The notes below the pieces were generated by a model that was given only the letters and a program-made list of their open reading frames with translations, was not told the origin of the DNA and did no database searches. Made by a program: the position numbers and the translations under genes. 64,000 nt of DNA from Fibrobacterales bacterium (GTDB taxonomy: Bacteria; Fibrobacterota; Fibrobacteria; Fibrobacterales; JAOPTW01): contig JAOPTX010000015.1 of the NCBI GenBank assembly GCA_051532055.1, positions 153,334-217,333 on the forward strand, read 5' to 3'. Shown here in pieces: positions 29,302 to 38,977 of the stretch (its first letter is position 1; each line of letters starts with the position of its first letter).

Positions 29302-32300
29302 ATGAAAAAGTATGCTATTCTATTAATTGTTATTTTAATTCAATCAGTTTATGCACAAACTATTTTAGCTCCCCGTTATGCAGATGGGGATAGTTCTGAT
29401 GTGCGCACGATTTATCGGGGCACTACTGTCACTATGTTACTTGAGACTCAAGCTTTAAACTATAAGTTTGACTGGGATAATAGCAACCCAATTCAAGCTG
29501 TACTTGAAGATTCATCAGCTTCACATCCTGATATTCCTATAACTATTAATATCGTTGATTACTGTTTGGGAGGGTCCGATTGTATGAATATTACATTCAC
29601 GGTTCCTGATAGTGTGCGTTATGGTGAGTGGCGCTTTAAAGTTATAGGAACAACTGATCCTAATATGCGATACTACCCAATAGCAGTTGTAGAAAAGCCT
29701 CTTCTTGTTTTTAATTATCAGACTGATTCACTCTGGTTTGAATCAATAGCTACGCCTTTACAAGGTCAGATAGGGTATTTTGATCTACCGGTTAAATATA
29801 TAGATAATAATGAAATAGTAACCAGTGGAATTATTGATGGCTGGACAAGTTTAGATCTTCTGTCGGGAAATATTTGGCTTGTTCCTACAGCGCAAGCTAC
29901 TAATAATCCAAAAGTGGAAATTAAACATGGTAGTAAAATGTTTATAGATATACCAAGAAATAATACTATACAGATTGAGCCTGGTCCTTCTTATCAATTC
30001 CAGAAGCTATATGAAGCATTTGATATACCTGTTAATATAATTAATTCCCCTCATTTTATTACAAAGGCTGAAGTAGAGCCAGGCGATTCATTACTCACCA
30101 TTTACTTTTCAGAGAAGATCGATACTACCTACTATTCAAGCGGTCCGTTGACTCTTCGTAACGGAGCACAGTCTTATTCAATTTCTAATATTCAGGATCG
30201 AATTATCTACATAGGAGATTCGACTCAGGTAGTTATTCAGATGCCTCAAATGGTGCAAGGTCTTAGTCCTTCCACATGGTACTTAGAACTTGACTCTCTT
30301 GCATTTAAAACGTATCCAATTTCGGGAGCTCTTTCTGTATATAATGCAGAAGTAAAGTATGAAGATAACTTTTCTGTTGATACAGTATATAGTAATACAA
30401 CTCAACTAACGAGCGCATACATGTCACACGACATGTATAACATAACTATGTTTTGGGATGCCCCTGTTGTATTTGATAGTTTACAAGGGGCGCGTTTGGT
30501 AGCAAGAGATTCGGTTGGTGTTGCTCAAAAGTATATTGATCTATATACAAACCTATATAATAGTACTGACCCCAACCTTCCTTATGTTGGTGATAGTGTT
30601 CAATTTTATATGTCTATTATGGAAATTGACTCTGTAATAAATTGGGAAAAAGAAGGTTATCAGGTGAGTATGAGCATTCCCTATGGGCAATATAGAGATT
30701 CCTTAACAAGTAGTTTGATACCGGCACAAGAAGTGCCGATAGTACTTCTTGATGATGGTATGTACCTATATGCTTATGATAGTGTTAATGTGATAAATAG
30801 CCAATATTCATCTTTTTTAGAATTGGATTTTACAGGTTATATAGGGGAGCCAGATAATTATATGCTGGCTGCATTGGTAGATAGTAATGGTGTCATTAAT
30901 GCTTCAGATGTCTACTTTCATTGGACAGGGGTATCTTGGATGATGCGGATTGAAAACATACCTGATTCTGGAACGGTTAATCTTGCTATTCAAATTACAT
31001 CACCTTTGGATGGAACGATTAAAGAACATGGTCTCTATTTTAATATTCAAAGTAATGTGAAGCCACCACTTACCTTAATAGATTCAAGGCTTACATTTGA
31101 TAGCATTCTCAATACCAATATAATTACATATCAATACAGTCATGTTGTTGAAAGTAAACATTTAGATGTATCTCTGAAGGCTTACGATAATGAATATCTT
31201 GGCGTTCGTTATGATAGTTTACAATTAATGTCACTTTCAGTGTTAATCGACTCATCAAAAACTATTGCTATGGGATTAACTGCCGCTCAATTATATACAA
31301 TTAATAATTGGGTCACAAATGGGTACACTGTTGTTACGGAAATAAATAGAGGGTTTGTTGCATCTCTCGAGTCAGGTGTAGAGACAAAAGAAGATATTAT
31401 ACAACTGCTCCCCGAAGATTCAATTTATATAGACCCTAAATTATTAGGTCCACATATTTTACAATTACCAGTAACTCAATTAACCGGTGTAATAGATTTT
31501 GAACTTTTTATTCAGTATGGAACGCAAAGTTCCTATTTGTTTAAGCCTATTTATTTTGATTCAGCGTATATTAATTTAGTCGACTCCATTACAACGTCTT
31601 TTAAAAATATTGAGATGCCATACTCTCTCATGGGTCAAACTGGTCAGACATCATTTAAAATAGTAGCTGGTGAGAATATGTACTATGTGTTTGATACTCT
31701 TGATGTAACATTAGAAATATTTGACCCTTATTTCCCTGGTGCATATTCCCTTCTGACTCCGTCAATTGGAAATTTAGAAAGTAATAAAGACACTGTTATT
31801 ACGGTAAGTGTCGATACCAAATATCCTCTTGCTGACCTTGAGCTTATAGTAGTCAGTTCCAATGGTCTTATTCCTGCTGCAAATAGAATAATTACAAAAT
31901 CAGGATATCGAACCTGGGATGTATTACTTACCCCTGTGATGAGCGGCGAGGAAGTCCTTGTTTTTGAACTCATACATCCTGTAGATGGTGTCTATACAAG
32001 CATCACACAAACAATCACAATAGCTCCCCAACAAACGGGCTTTTCCATTGATTCGGTAGCAAGGAATATGAGCTATACTGATATTCAAGATGTGGGTATA
32101 TCCCTTAGCTCAGAGTTTAGCCTTGAATTGGATCTCTCAGATGTGACTAATATGCTCACCAGTAATTCAGTGGCATTAGCCTCAAGTATCCCTAGTATGT
32201 GGGTTTTAAAAATTGATCCTGAAATGGATGAGGTAGGAGAACTTGTTGCTCTTTTAAAAGTGGTCGATTCAAATGGGATTGTTGTCGAGGAGCATTTTGT

Positions 32301-35300
32301 CCATACCTCTGTCGCATATAATAAATCAATTGTTATAGAACCATTTGATAATTTTTTACACCCTGGACAAACTCAACTCGTAACGATACATACCCAACCT
32401 GATTTTAATTTGACTGCGGAAACGGGTGAACCAAATGTACTGCCCAATAGTTCTATTAATATTTTTAAACAAAATGATACTCAATGGATACTCTCAATCA
32501 CTCCGGAATATGGGCAGTGGGGGAATACTGATATCATAATTCGGGCATTCAATGGATCGCCATTTGAAGTCGAATTTGAAAATATTGCAATTGAAGTTGC
32601 AAATGAAGTAAATGTCGACTTACTCTATGAACCATGTGTTGGCCTCTGCCTAGAGACTGTTCAGTTTCACTATAATGCATTCAATAGTAAATTGAGCCTC
32701 TTCTTTAACGATGTTATTTCTATTGAACAAAGTGGAACGGTACAATTTACCTCATATATCTATGATAGTAAAGATGATATGGTTCCCGATATTGGTGATC
32801 AGTATGAGTTACCTATTACTACTACTGCAATCATTGCAGGTACAAGTATTGAGTATACACTGTCTGAAGAACAAAAGAGAGTCATACAGAATCTAGACCT
32901 TAATAGTGATGACCTAAGGGTGTCGGTGGCATCTGGAACCGTACAAGGGACCTCTAATGGAATATTGAATAGTGGACGATTGGTTCCTGTTCATATTGAT
33001 AAAGGACCAAAATTTCAAGTATATGGTGCACAATATGATCCATTTGATAAAGAGATACGGCTTAAATTTGATGAATCCATAGATGACAATCTTTCAATAA
33101 CCGGTTCAGTCATTAAAATTGGTTTGGGTTCCCCACCTTCATCTACTATAGATATTGTAATTAATGATTATAGTATTGGAAGAAATGACTGTGTTGACGA
33201 TTGTAATACATCATCTGAATTGTCAATTCAGTTAAGTGACTCTGATTGGAATGCGTTGGAAGAACTAGCAGAAACTTCTATAAATAATCTCTTTATCAAT
33301 ATTCCAAATGGAACATTTACGGATATTTCAAATCAAGCTCTTGAGGAATCCGCTTTCAATGATAATATTCCTCTCAGTTTTGGGGTTGGCTATGGAGAGA
33401 ATTGGATTGAAAATGCTATTGTAGATCTCGTAAATGGAAGAGTAGAAATCACGTTTAACAAAAGTCTTGAGAGTTATCAAGATAGAGTTCTTGATATTGA
33501 AAATGGCTCCCAATCAACCCTCATGGTTATTGGAGTATTAGATCAGCAATACGATGTTTCAGATAGACATCCATTAGTGAGCCAACCTAATATGGTTTAT
33601 GTAGGTAGCGCTTCTGATCAAGTAACGTATGATGCACCGCTCGGAAAGCTTTTTGTAGAACTCAATGATCAAAATAAAGCAAAGATCATGTCATGGATTA
33701 GCACTTATGGTACAACTCTTGAAGGTAAAGCGGTAGTCTATTTCCCTCATAATACCTTAGGCGCACCATCTGGTGTTAAAAACCCTGAGCTTACTGCCCT
33801 TGCTTCAACAGGAACAATAACGATTCCTGTTGAAGGGAGTGTCATTGCGGCCCCTGATGTAAAAGTAGAGACGGGAGAAGGTATTGATTACTTTGTCATG
33901 GAGGATCAGTGGAAGATGTTTGTGACAGAGACAGCTATAGCTATTAATCCAACCTCTTCTGTTGAAGAAAATGTTGAGATAGGAAGTCGCATCTATTTAC
34001 AGGCAAATAAATTTTATCATGTTGTTGCGTATGAAGATGCACAGTATTCAGAGGCTGTTGTTGTTGATGCTTCAAAATATGCGGCACTAGATTTATCAGT
34101 AAAACAATCTGGCACAGCATATAGGGTCTCGTTTGTGACACGCGATAATATTACTATGAGAAATGCTACATTCGGAATGGTTTTACATCGTCCCGGTACT
34201 CTGCAAGAAGATACCCTTCAAGGTATTAAAGATGCTCACATAACGTCTTTTGGCTTTGATGGCGATACCATTGTAGTAAATGCCTATCTTGAGTCTCTCG
34301 AGGAAGGGGACTCGACATTTATTGCATCCTTTAATAAAAGTAAAACTTTTGTATTAAAGCTTCCACAAATTAAGAAGAGTGTACCGGCATCAGAATGGAA
34401 TATGATTTCATTCGGTTCAACAGAAAAAATTGTTGCTGATCTTGGTGCCTACACAACAGTATTTTGGTGGGATGATTCTAAATTACTCGACCTACTCTAT
34501 GGACGATATCGATCAGCGGAAGAATTGTCAAGTATTAAACCAGGTCAATCGGTGTGGATATATTCTGATGTTTCGCAAGATATACATCAATATTTTGATA
34601 CTACTGAAGTAAGTATTGAACTAATTGCTGGTGATGATGGGTGGAATCAACTTGCAAATCCTTATGGGTTTAATCTTGCGGTCGAAGGTTTTGGAAATCG
34701 AGAGTTCTTTAAGTGGAATGGAGTGAGTTATAGTAAAGTAAATTACTTAAAGCCGGGTGAAGGGTATTGGTCAACGGTAAGTGAAAATGAAGTACTCACC
34801 ATAGAACGTCTTCCAGTGTGGGATACAGCTCTTTCAGAGCGTAATAGTGAAATTACCTTTAAAAAGGGTGCCGCATCACGTCAGTTGTGGGATCTTGGAA
34901 TTGCCCTCTCACTTAATAATCGTGGAGTTGTTGATCAATATAATACTATTGGTGTTAATCCGTTAGCTGATAATAAGGTTGACTTTCTAGACAAAAGAGA
35001 GCTTCCCCAAAATATGAGTGATGTTCCGTCACTATCTATGGTAATTGATGGGAAACGATACCGCAATGACCTTAAGAAACCTATAGACGGTGCCGCTGAA
35101 TGGGTGCTTGCTGTTGATGTTCCGGAGGGTAAAGGAGGAGTGGCGCATCTTCAGCTTGATGGGTACTCGTCATTAAAGAATTTGGGATATTCGCTGTATC
35201 TTGTAGATGGAAGTAATGCAAAAAAACTTGAATCAAGTAAAACCGAACTGTTGTTAAAAGGTTCGACCCAATATCGACTTATAGTAAGTGAAAACGCTTT

Positions 35301-35589
35301 AAATACAAATCATCTAACGCGAGTGCCCACGCTCTTTAACTATCCTAATCCCGTGCGAGGAGATACGAGAATAATGGTTCAAAATCTTACTATGCCCGGT
35401 AAGACCATGGTTTTTAAAGTGATGGCTGTTGATGGAAGTGTTGTATATGAAAGAGTATATTCATATCAAACATCTTTTACTTGGAATCCGGTCACTATGA
35501 GTGGGGCACCTCTTAAAAGCGGGCTCTACTTCTATAGCGTATCAACAGGGGCTCATTTTATCCAGAGCACCCTACTTATAATGGAATAG
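29302..35589 (+). CDS. giant secreted repeat protein with a T9SS type-A C-terminal sorting domain (paralogue of 23717-29068)
   Basis: 2095 aa with a signal peptide (..QSVYAQ). C-terminal FNYPNPVRGDTRIMV..FKVMAVDGSVV..GLYFYSV. Its C-terminal ~985 aa are colinear with gene 1. Confidence 0.8.
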   Translation: MKKYAILLIVILIQSVYAQTILAPRYADGDSSDVRTIYRGTTVTMLLETQALNYKFDWDNSNPIQAVLEDSSASHPDIPITINIVDYCLGGSDCMNITFTVPDSVRYGEWRFKVIGTTDPNMRYYPIAVVEKPLLVFNYQTDSLWFESIATPLQGQIGYFDLPVKYIDNNEIVTSGIIDGWTSLDLLSGNIWLVPTAQATNNPKVEIKHGSKMFIDIPRNNTIQIEPGPSYQFQKLYEAFDIPVNIINSPHFITKAEVEPGDSLLTIYFSEKIDTTYYSSGPLTLRNGAQSYSISNIQDRIIYIGDSTQVVIQMPQMVQGLSPSTWYLELDSLAFKTYPISGALSVYNAEVKYEDNFSVDTVYSNTTQLTSAYMSHDMYNITMFWDAPVVFDSLQGARLVARDSVGVAQKYIDLYTNLYNSTDPNLPYVGDSVQFYMSIMEIDSVINWEKEGYQVSMSIPYGQYRDSLTSSLIPAQEVPIVLLDDGMYLYAYDSVNVINSQYSSFLELDFTGYIGEPDNYMLAALVDSNGVINASDVYFHWTGVSWMMRIENIPDSGTVNLAIQITSPLDGTIKEHGLYFNIQSNVKPPLTLIDSRLTFDSILNTNIITYQYSHVVESKHLDVSLKAYDNEYLGVRYDSLQLMSLSVLIDSSKTIAMGLTAAQLYTINNWVTNGYTVVTEINRGFVASLESGVETKEDIIQLLPEDSIYIDPKLLGPHILQLPVTQLTGVIDFELFIQYGTQSSYLFKPIYFDSAYINLVDSITTSFKNIEMPYSLMGQTGQTSFKIVAGENMYYVFDTLDVTLEIFDPYFPGAYSLLTPSIGNLESNKDTVITVSVDTKYPLADLELIVVSSNGLIPAANRIITKSGYRTWDVLLTPVMSGEEVLVFELIHPVDGVYTSITQTITIAPQQTGFSIDSVARNMSYTDIQDVGISLSSEFSLELDLSDVTNMLTSNSVALASSIPSMWVLKIDPEMDEVGELVALLKVVDSNGIVVEEHFVHTSVAYNKSIVIEPFDNFLHPGQTQLVTIHTQPDFNLTAETGEPNVLPNSSINIFKQNDTQWILSITPEYGQWGNTDIIIRAFNGSPFEVEFENIAIEVANEVNVDLLYEPCVGLCLETVQFHYNAFNSKLSLFFNDVISIEQSGTVQFTSYIYDSKDDMVPDIGDQYELPITTTAIIAGTSIEYTLSEEQKRVIQNLDLNSDDLRVSVASGTVQGTSNGILNSGRLVPVHIDKGPKFQVYGAQYDPFDKEIRLKFDESIDDNLSITGSVIKIGLGSPPSSTIDIVINDYSIGRNDCVDDCNTSSELSIQLSDSDWNALEELAETSINNLFINIPNGTFTDISNQALEESAFNDNIPLSFGVGYGENWIENAIVDLVNGRVEITFNKSLESYQDRVLDIENGSQSTLMVIGVLDQQYDVSDRHPLVSQPNMVYVGSASDQVTYDAPLGKLFVELNDQNKAKIMSWISTYGTTLEGKAVVYFPHNTLGAPSGVKNPELTALASTGTITIPVEGSVIAAPDVKVETGEGIDYFVMEDQWKMFVTETAIAINPTSSVEENVEIGSRIYLQANKFYHVVAYEDAQYSEAVVVDASKYAALDLSVKQSGTAYRVSFVTRDNITMRNATFGMVLHRPGTLQEDTLQGIKDAHITSFGFDGDTIVVNAYLESLEEGDSTFIASFNKSKTFVLKLPQIKKSVPASEWNMISFGSTEKIVADLGAYTTVFWWDDSKLLDLLYGRYRSAEELSSIKPGQSVWIYSDVSQDIHQYFDTTEVSIELIAGDDGWNQLANPYGFNLAVEGFGNREFFKWNGVSYSKVNYLKPGEGYWSTVSENEVLTIERLPVWDTALSERNSEITFKKGAASRQLWDLGIALSLNNRGVVDQYNTIGVNPLADNKVDFLDKRELPQNMSDVPSLSMVIDGKRYRNDLKKPIDGAAEWVLAVDVPEGKGGVAHLQLDGYSSLKNLGYSLYLVDGSNAKKLESSKTELLLKGSTQYRLIVSENALNTNHLTRVPTLFNYPNPVRGDTRIMVQNLTMPGKTMVFKVMAVDGSVVYERVYSYQTSFTWNPVTMSGAPLKSGLYFYSVSTGAHFIQSTLLIME

Positions 35590-35590
35590 A

Positions 35591-36322
35591 ATGAAAAAGA
35601 GGTTGAGTAACATTGTACATCAGAAATTTGCTCTACTAGATGCTCTGCTTTTTGGTGATCAATGCAGCTACTGCCATGAGAAAAAGCGTAAAAATTATCT
35701 TATGTGTGATACATGTACCCAAAAGCTATCACTGTTTTCAGAGTCTGATGCGCAAGTACAGCTGCCAAATAGTGATAATAGATTGTTATCACTTTTTCCT
35801 ATGACAGAATTAACTAAAAAGATTATCCATGATATTAAGTATAACCAACTACCGTCTCTCGCGACCCAATTATTAAAAGATACTCCCGTCAATTACTTTC
35901 ATGATATTGATTCACAGACACTATTAGTTCCTGTTCCATTACATAGTAAAAGAATGAGAGAGCGAGGGTATAATCAAGCTAAAGTAATTGCTCAAGGTGT
36001 TGCAGAGAGGACGGGGGCTACTGTCGTATCTCACCTATTAAAAAAGAATCATCATACAGGAAGTCAAACAAAATTGGGTAAAGAAGAGCGTCATCAAAAT
36101 ATGCAGAACGTTTTTAGTCTTATAAGAGGAACATCAATATCGGGAAAAAATGTAGTTGTTATTGATGACGTGTTTACAACAGGAGCAACAACTCAATCAT
36201 GTATAAATGCTTTGGAAAAAGGGAATCCTCAAAGCTTACATGTATTTACTCTCGTTCGGGCTGATATACAAGAAAAAAGTGATTTTGCAAAAGAGTTACA
36301 ATTGCACAATAATAATTTATGA
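35591..36322 (+). CDS. comF: ComF-family phosphoribosyltransferase-fold protein
   Basis: N-terminal Cys pairs (CSYC..CDTC) and the PRPP motif VVVIDDVFTTGATT. Confidence 0.8.
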   Translation: MKKRLSNIVHQKFALLDALLFGDQCSYCHEKKRKNYLMCDTCTQKLSLFSESDAQVQLPNSDNRLLSLFPMTELTKKIIHDIKYNQLPSLATQLLKDTPVNYFHDIDSQTLLVPVPLHSKRMRERGYNQAKVIAQGVAERTGATVVSHLLKKNHHTGSQTKLGKEERHQNMQNVFSLIRGTSISGKNVVVIDDVFTTGATTQSCINALEKGNPQSLHVFTLVRADIQEKSDFAKELQLHNNNL

Positions 36323-37213
36323 AACGATTGAGTTTCCACCCTTGTGGGTGGCGATTTCAAGGCGTTGATAGGCAATAGTTAATGTATCTGGAAGTATTGA
36401 CTCAGGGTTTTCTGAAGAGAGTTCTAAAATTTCTGCAACTCCTGAACTACAGGTTGTTTTTACTTCGTCACTATTACATAAAAATACTTTCGCAGCTACC
36501 TCATCACTAATTCTTCGAATAACTTGGAGCGCTTGTTCTTTTGCGCAATCATAAAAACTGGCAACTAATCGGTGCTCTTGATACCGTGCAAGAAGATCAT
36601 ACGGACGTAAATGTTTTTTACAAATGTCGGCAAACTCTTTAAGAATTTGATCGCTATAGACTTTAGAATACTTTTGGCAGATTGCGCTGTAATCATCAAG
36701 AGCAAGCATTGCAAATGATATCTTCTTTGCTTTTTCTTTAACAATATCAATCTGCTTTTCTGCTGCAATGGTAAAATGATCTCTTTTAAGGAGCTCAGTT
36801 AATGGATCAACAGTTGTATATTCTTTGAGCTCTGTTTCAGCCTGGTTCTTCATTACTTGTCTTTGGATTTCTTGTAAGACAGATGTTAAGTTAAGTGGGC
36901 GATAGAGTCGAGGGAACTTTCTGTTGTCGTAGGGAACAGTTTTTTGCTCTGGTTTAGGGTCATTGCAGACGAAGAGAATTGGTGTATCTTGATATCTAAT
37001 ATCATTTTTAATCTCTTGAGCAAAACTGTAATTATCTCTTGATTGGAGAGGAGTATCGATGAGCACAGCTGCTGGGGTATTATTTGTATCGAGTGTATGC
37101 CAAGTGTGTTCTTCTGATTCCGTAAAGAGCACTACATATTGAGAATCGAGTACTGCCTGAAATGCATCTCTATCTTCACTCTTACAAAATACAACTATAC
37201 TCTCTTTAAGCAT
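36317..37213 (-). CDS. pseudo-receiver plus degenerate GGDEF-domain protein (A-site lost, I-site RxxD kept)
   Basis: GGDEF fold markers DPLTELLKRDHF, LALDDY, TCSSGVAE and AYQRLEIATHKGGN are present. The signature reads RPYD-LLARY-QEHRL where RxxD-x5-GG(D/E)EF is expected. Confidence 0.75.
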   Translation of the reverse strand: MLKESIVVFCKSEDRDAFQAVLDSQYVVLFTESEEHTWHTLDTNNTPAAVLIDTPLQSRDNYSFAQEIKNDIRYQDTPILFVCNDPKPEQKTVPYDNRKFPRLYRPLNLTSVLQEIQRQVMKNQAETELKEYTTVDPLTELLKRDHFTIAAEKQIDIVKEKAKKISFAMLALDDYSAICQKYSKVYSDQILKEFADICKKHLRPYDLLARYQEHRLVASFYDCAKEQALQVIRRISDEVAAKVFLCNSDEVKTTCSSGVAEILELSSENPESILPDTLTIAYQRLEIATHKGGNSIVS

Positions 37214-37326
37214 ATTCCTTCCCAGTTTTTAAGTATTGAAAAGATACAATTTCTTGAGTGATTATCCGATGAGTTTATTGTAAACAATACAAAATGGAAA
37301 AGTACGGAGCCGTTGAAACGGGGAAT

Positions 37327-37361
37327 ACAAAAAACGCCCTCTTACAATGTAAGAGGGCGTT
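37327..37361 (-). terminator. rho-independent terminator of tRNA-Ser
   Basis: 13-bp stem AACGCCCTCTTAC/GTAAGAGGGCGTT followed on the minus strand by a T-run (plus-strand AAAAAA at 37327-37332). Confidence 0.7.
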
Positions 37362-37365
37362 TAAG

Positions 37366-37446
37366 CGGAGAATGAGGGACTCGAACCCCCAAGCCTTGCG
37401 GCGGCGGTTTTCAAGACCGCTGACTTACCAATTAGCCTAATTCTCC
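37366..37446 (-). tRNA. tRNA-Ser (anticodon UGA)
   Basis: The reverse complement GGAGAAT..ATTCTCC+G folds as a class II tRNA. The anticodon loop is CTTGAAA, there is a 13-nt variable arm (GCC-GCAA-GGC), and the T-loop is TTCGAGT. Confidence 0.85.
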
Positions 37447-37621
37447 ATTGGTGAAGACAAAGGTACTATTTCGTTTTTTAACTGTCAATAATTTTAAAGG
37501 GCATAACTGTGAAATAGTTAAAAGAGATTACAATTTCGTATTCAAAGATCAGGAATAGCTGATATAGGTATATCAATTACTATATTTCGTCCCAAATTGA
37601 ACAATTGTAAGCGAGAATATA

Positions 37622-38851
37622 ATGACAAAAGTAAACTCTAATTACGGAAAACTACAAGCTGGGTATCTCTTTCCAGAAATTGGCCGACGTGTTTCTAACT
37701 ATGTTTCAGAAAACCCTGATAAAAAAGTATTAAAACTTGGTATTGGCGATGTAGTACTACCTCTTCCAGAAGCTGTTCGTAAAGCGATGCATAGTGCGGT
37801 CGATGAAATGGGCACAATAGAAGGTTTTAGAGGATATGGTCCTGAACAAGGATATGACTTTTTAAGAGAAGCCATAGCAGGTGATTATGCTGAGAAGGGA
37901 TGTGATGTTGCCGCTGATGAAATTTTTGTCTCTGATGGCTCAAAATGTGATTCTGGTAATATTCAAGAGATCTTTGATGCAAATAGTAAAATTGCTCTTA
38001 CAGATCCAGTTTATCCTGTGTATCTTGATACCAACGTTATGGCAGGAAGAACAGGTGATGTAAACGAAAAGGGCCAGTTCGCCGGTATGACGTACCTGCC
38101 TACAACTGCTGAAAATAACTTCTTTCCAGCACTTCCAGATGTTGATGTTGATCTGATTTACCTTTGTTCACCTAATAACCCAACGGGTACGGTGATGAGT
38201 AAAGAACAGTTAACTGAGTGGGTTAATTATGCCAAAGAGAAAGGCTCAATAATTTTATATGATGGAGCTTATGAAGCATTCATCGGTGATGCTTCATTAC
38301 CCCGGTCCATTTTTGAAATTCCTGGAGCAAAAGATGTTGCTATTGAGTTCAGAAGTTTTTCTAAAAATGCAGGGTTCACTGGCGTACGCTGTGGCTATAC
38401 TGTGGTACCAAAAGGGCTTATGGGTAAAAATAGCGCCGGCGAAGATGTGTCGATTCATGCTCTTTGGAATAGACGCCATTGCACAAAATTTAACGGTGTT
38501 TCGTATCCGGTACAACGTGGTGCTGAAGCAGTATATTCACCTGAGGGTAAGGCTCAAATTGCAGAGCTTATTGAGTATTACATGAACAACGCTAAAATTA
38601 TTGGTGAGGGTCTTAAGAAAATTGGTATCGAAATTTATGGTGGTACTAATGCTCCATATATTTGGCTCAAGACTCCTGAGGGAATGAGTTCATGGGATTT
38701 CTTTGATAAACTTCTTAATGAGTGTCAAATTGTTGGAACACCTGGTGCAGGTTTTGGTGCTGCAGGTGAAGGATACTTTCGCCTCTCTTCATTTTGCATC
38801 AAAGAGAATGTTGAAGAAGCTGTTGCCCGTATCACAGCATTTTTAAAGTAG
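37622..38851 (+). CDS. dapL: LL-diaminopimelate aminotransferase
   Basis: N-terminal [20 protein letters not shown] is characteristic of DapL, and the PLP-Lys region is [15 protein letters not shown]. Confidence 0.9.
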   Translation: MTKVNSNYGKLQAGYLFPEIGRRVSNYVSENPDKKVLKLGIGDVVLPLPEAVRKAMHSAVDEMGTIEGFRGYGPEQGYDFLREAIAGDYAEKGCDVAADEIFVSDGSKCDSGNIQEIFDANSKIALTDPVYPVYLDTNVMAGRTGDVNEKGQFAGMTYLPTTAENNFFPALPDVDVDLIYLCSPNNPTGTVMSKEQLTEWVNYAKEKGSIILYDGAYEAFIGDASLPRSIFEIPGAKDVAIEFRSFSKNAGFTGVRCGYTVVPKGLMGKNSAGEDVSIHALWNRRHCTKFNGVSYPVQRGAEAVYSPEGKAQIAELIEYYMNNAKIIGEGLKKIGIEIYGGTNAPYIWLKTPEGMSSWDFFDKLLNECQIVGTPGAGFGAAGEGYFRLSSFCIKENVEEAVARITAFLK

Positions 38852-38896
38852 ATCTAAAAAGTATATTTTCTCAATAACATAAAATATTGAGTTCTC

Positions 38897-38919
38897 AAGG
38901 GCCCCTATGGGGCCCTTTT
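38897..38919 (+). terminator. rho-independent terminator
   Basis: AAGGGCCCC-TAT-GGGGCCCTT followed by TTTT. Confidence 0.75.
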
Positions 38920-38977
38920 CTATTGATATTATGGGTAATACATTGGCCTTGATATCTGTCTCTATGGTATAATTTAA

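Noticed and set aside
23717-35589. The giant proteins as RHS/polymorphic toxins, a DGR target or a protease.
   Set aside because: No YD repeats, no reverse transcriptase or template repeat nearby, and no HEXXH or Ser-protease triad pattern were recognised. Both end in T9SS sorting tails rather than toxin tips.
37451-37621. A lysine riboswitch or other leader upstream of dapL.
   Set aside because: I could not find the conserved L-box helices or core in this AT-rich 170-nt region. A covariance-model scan (Rfam RF00168) would be the decisive test.
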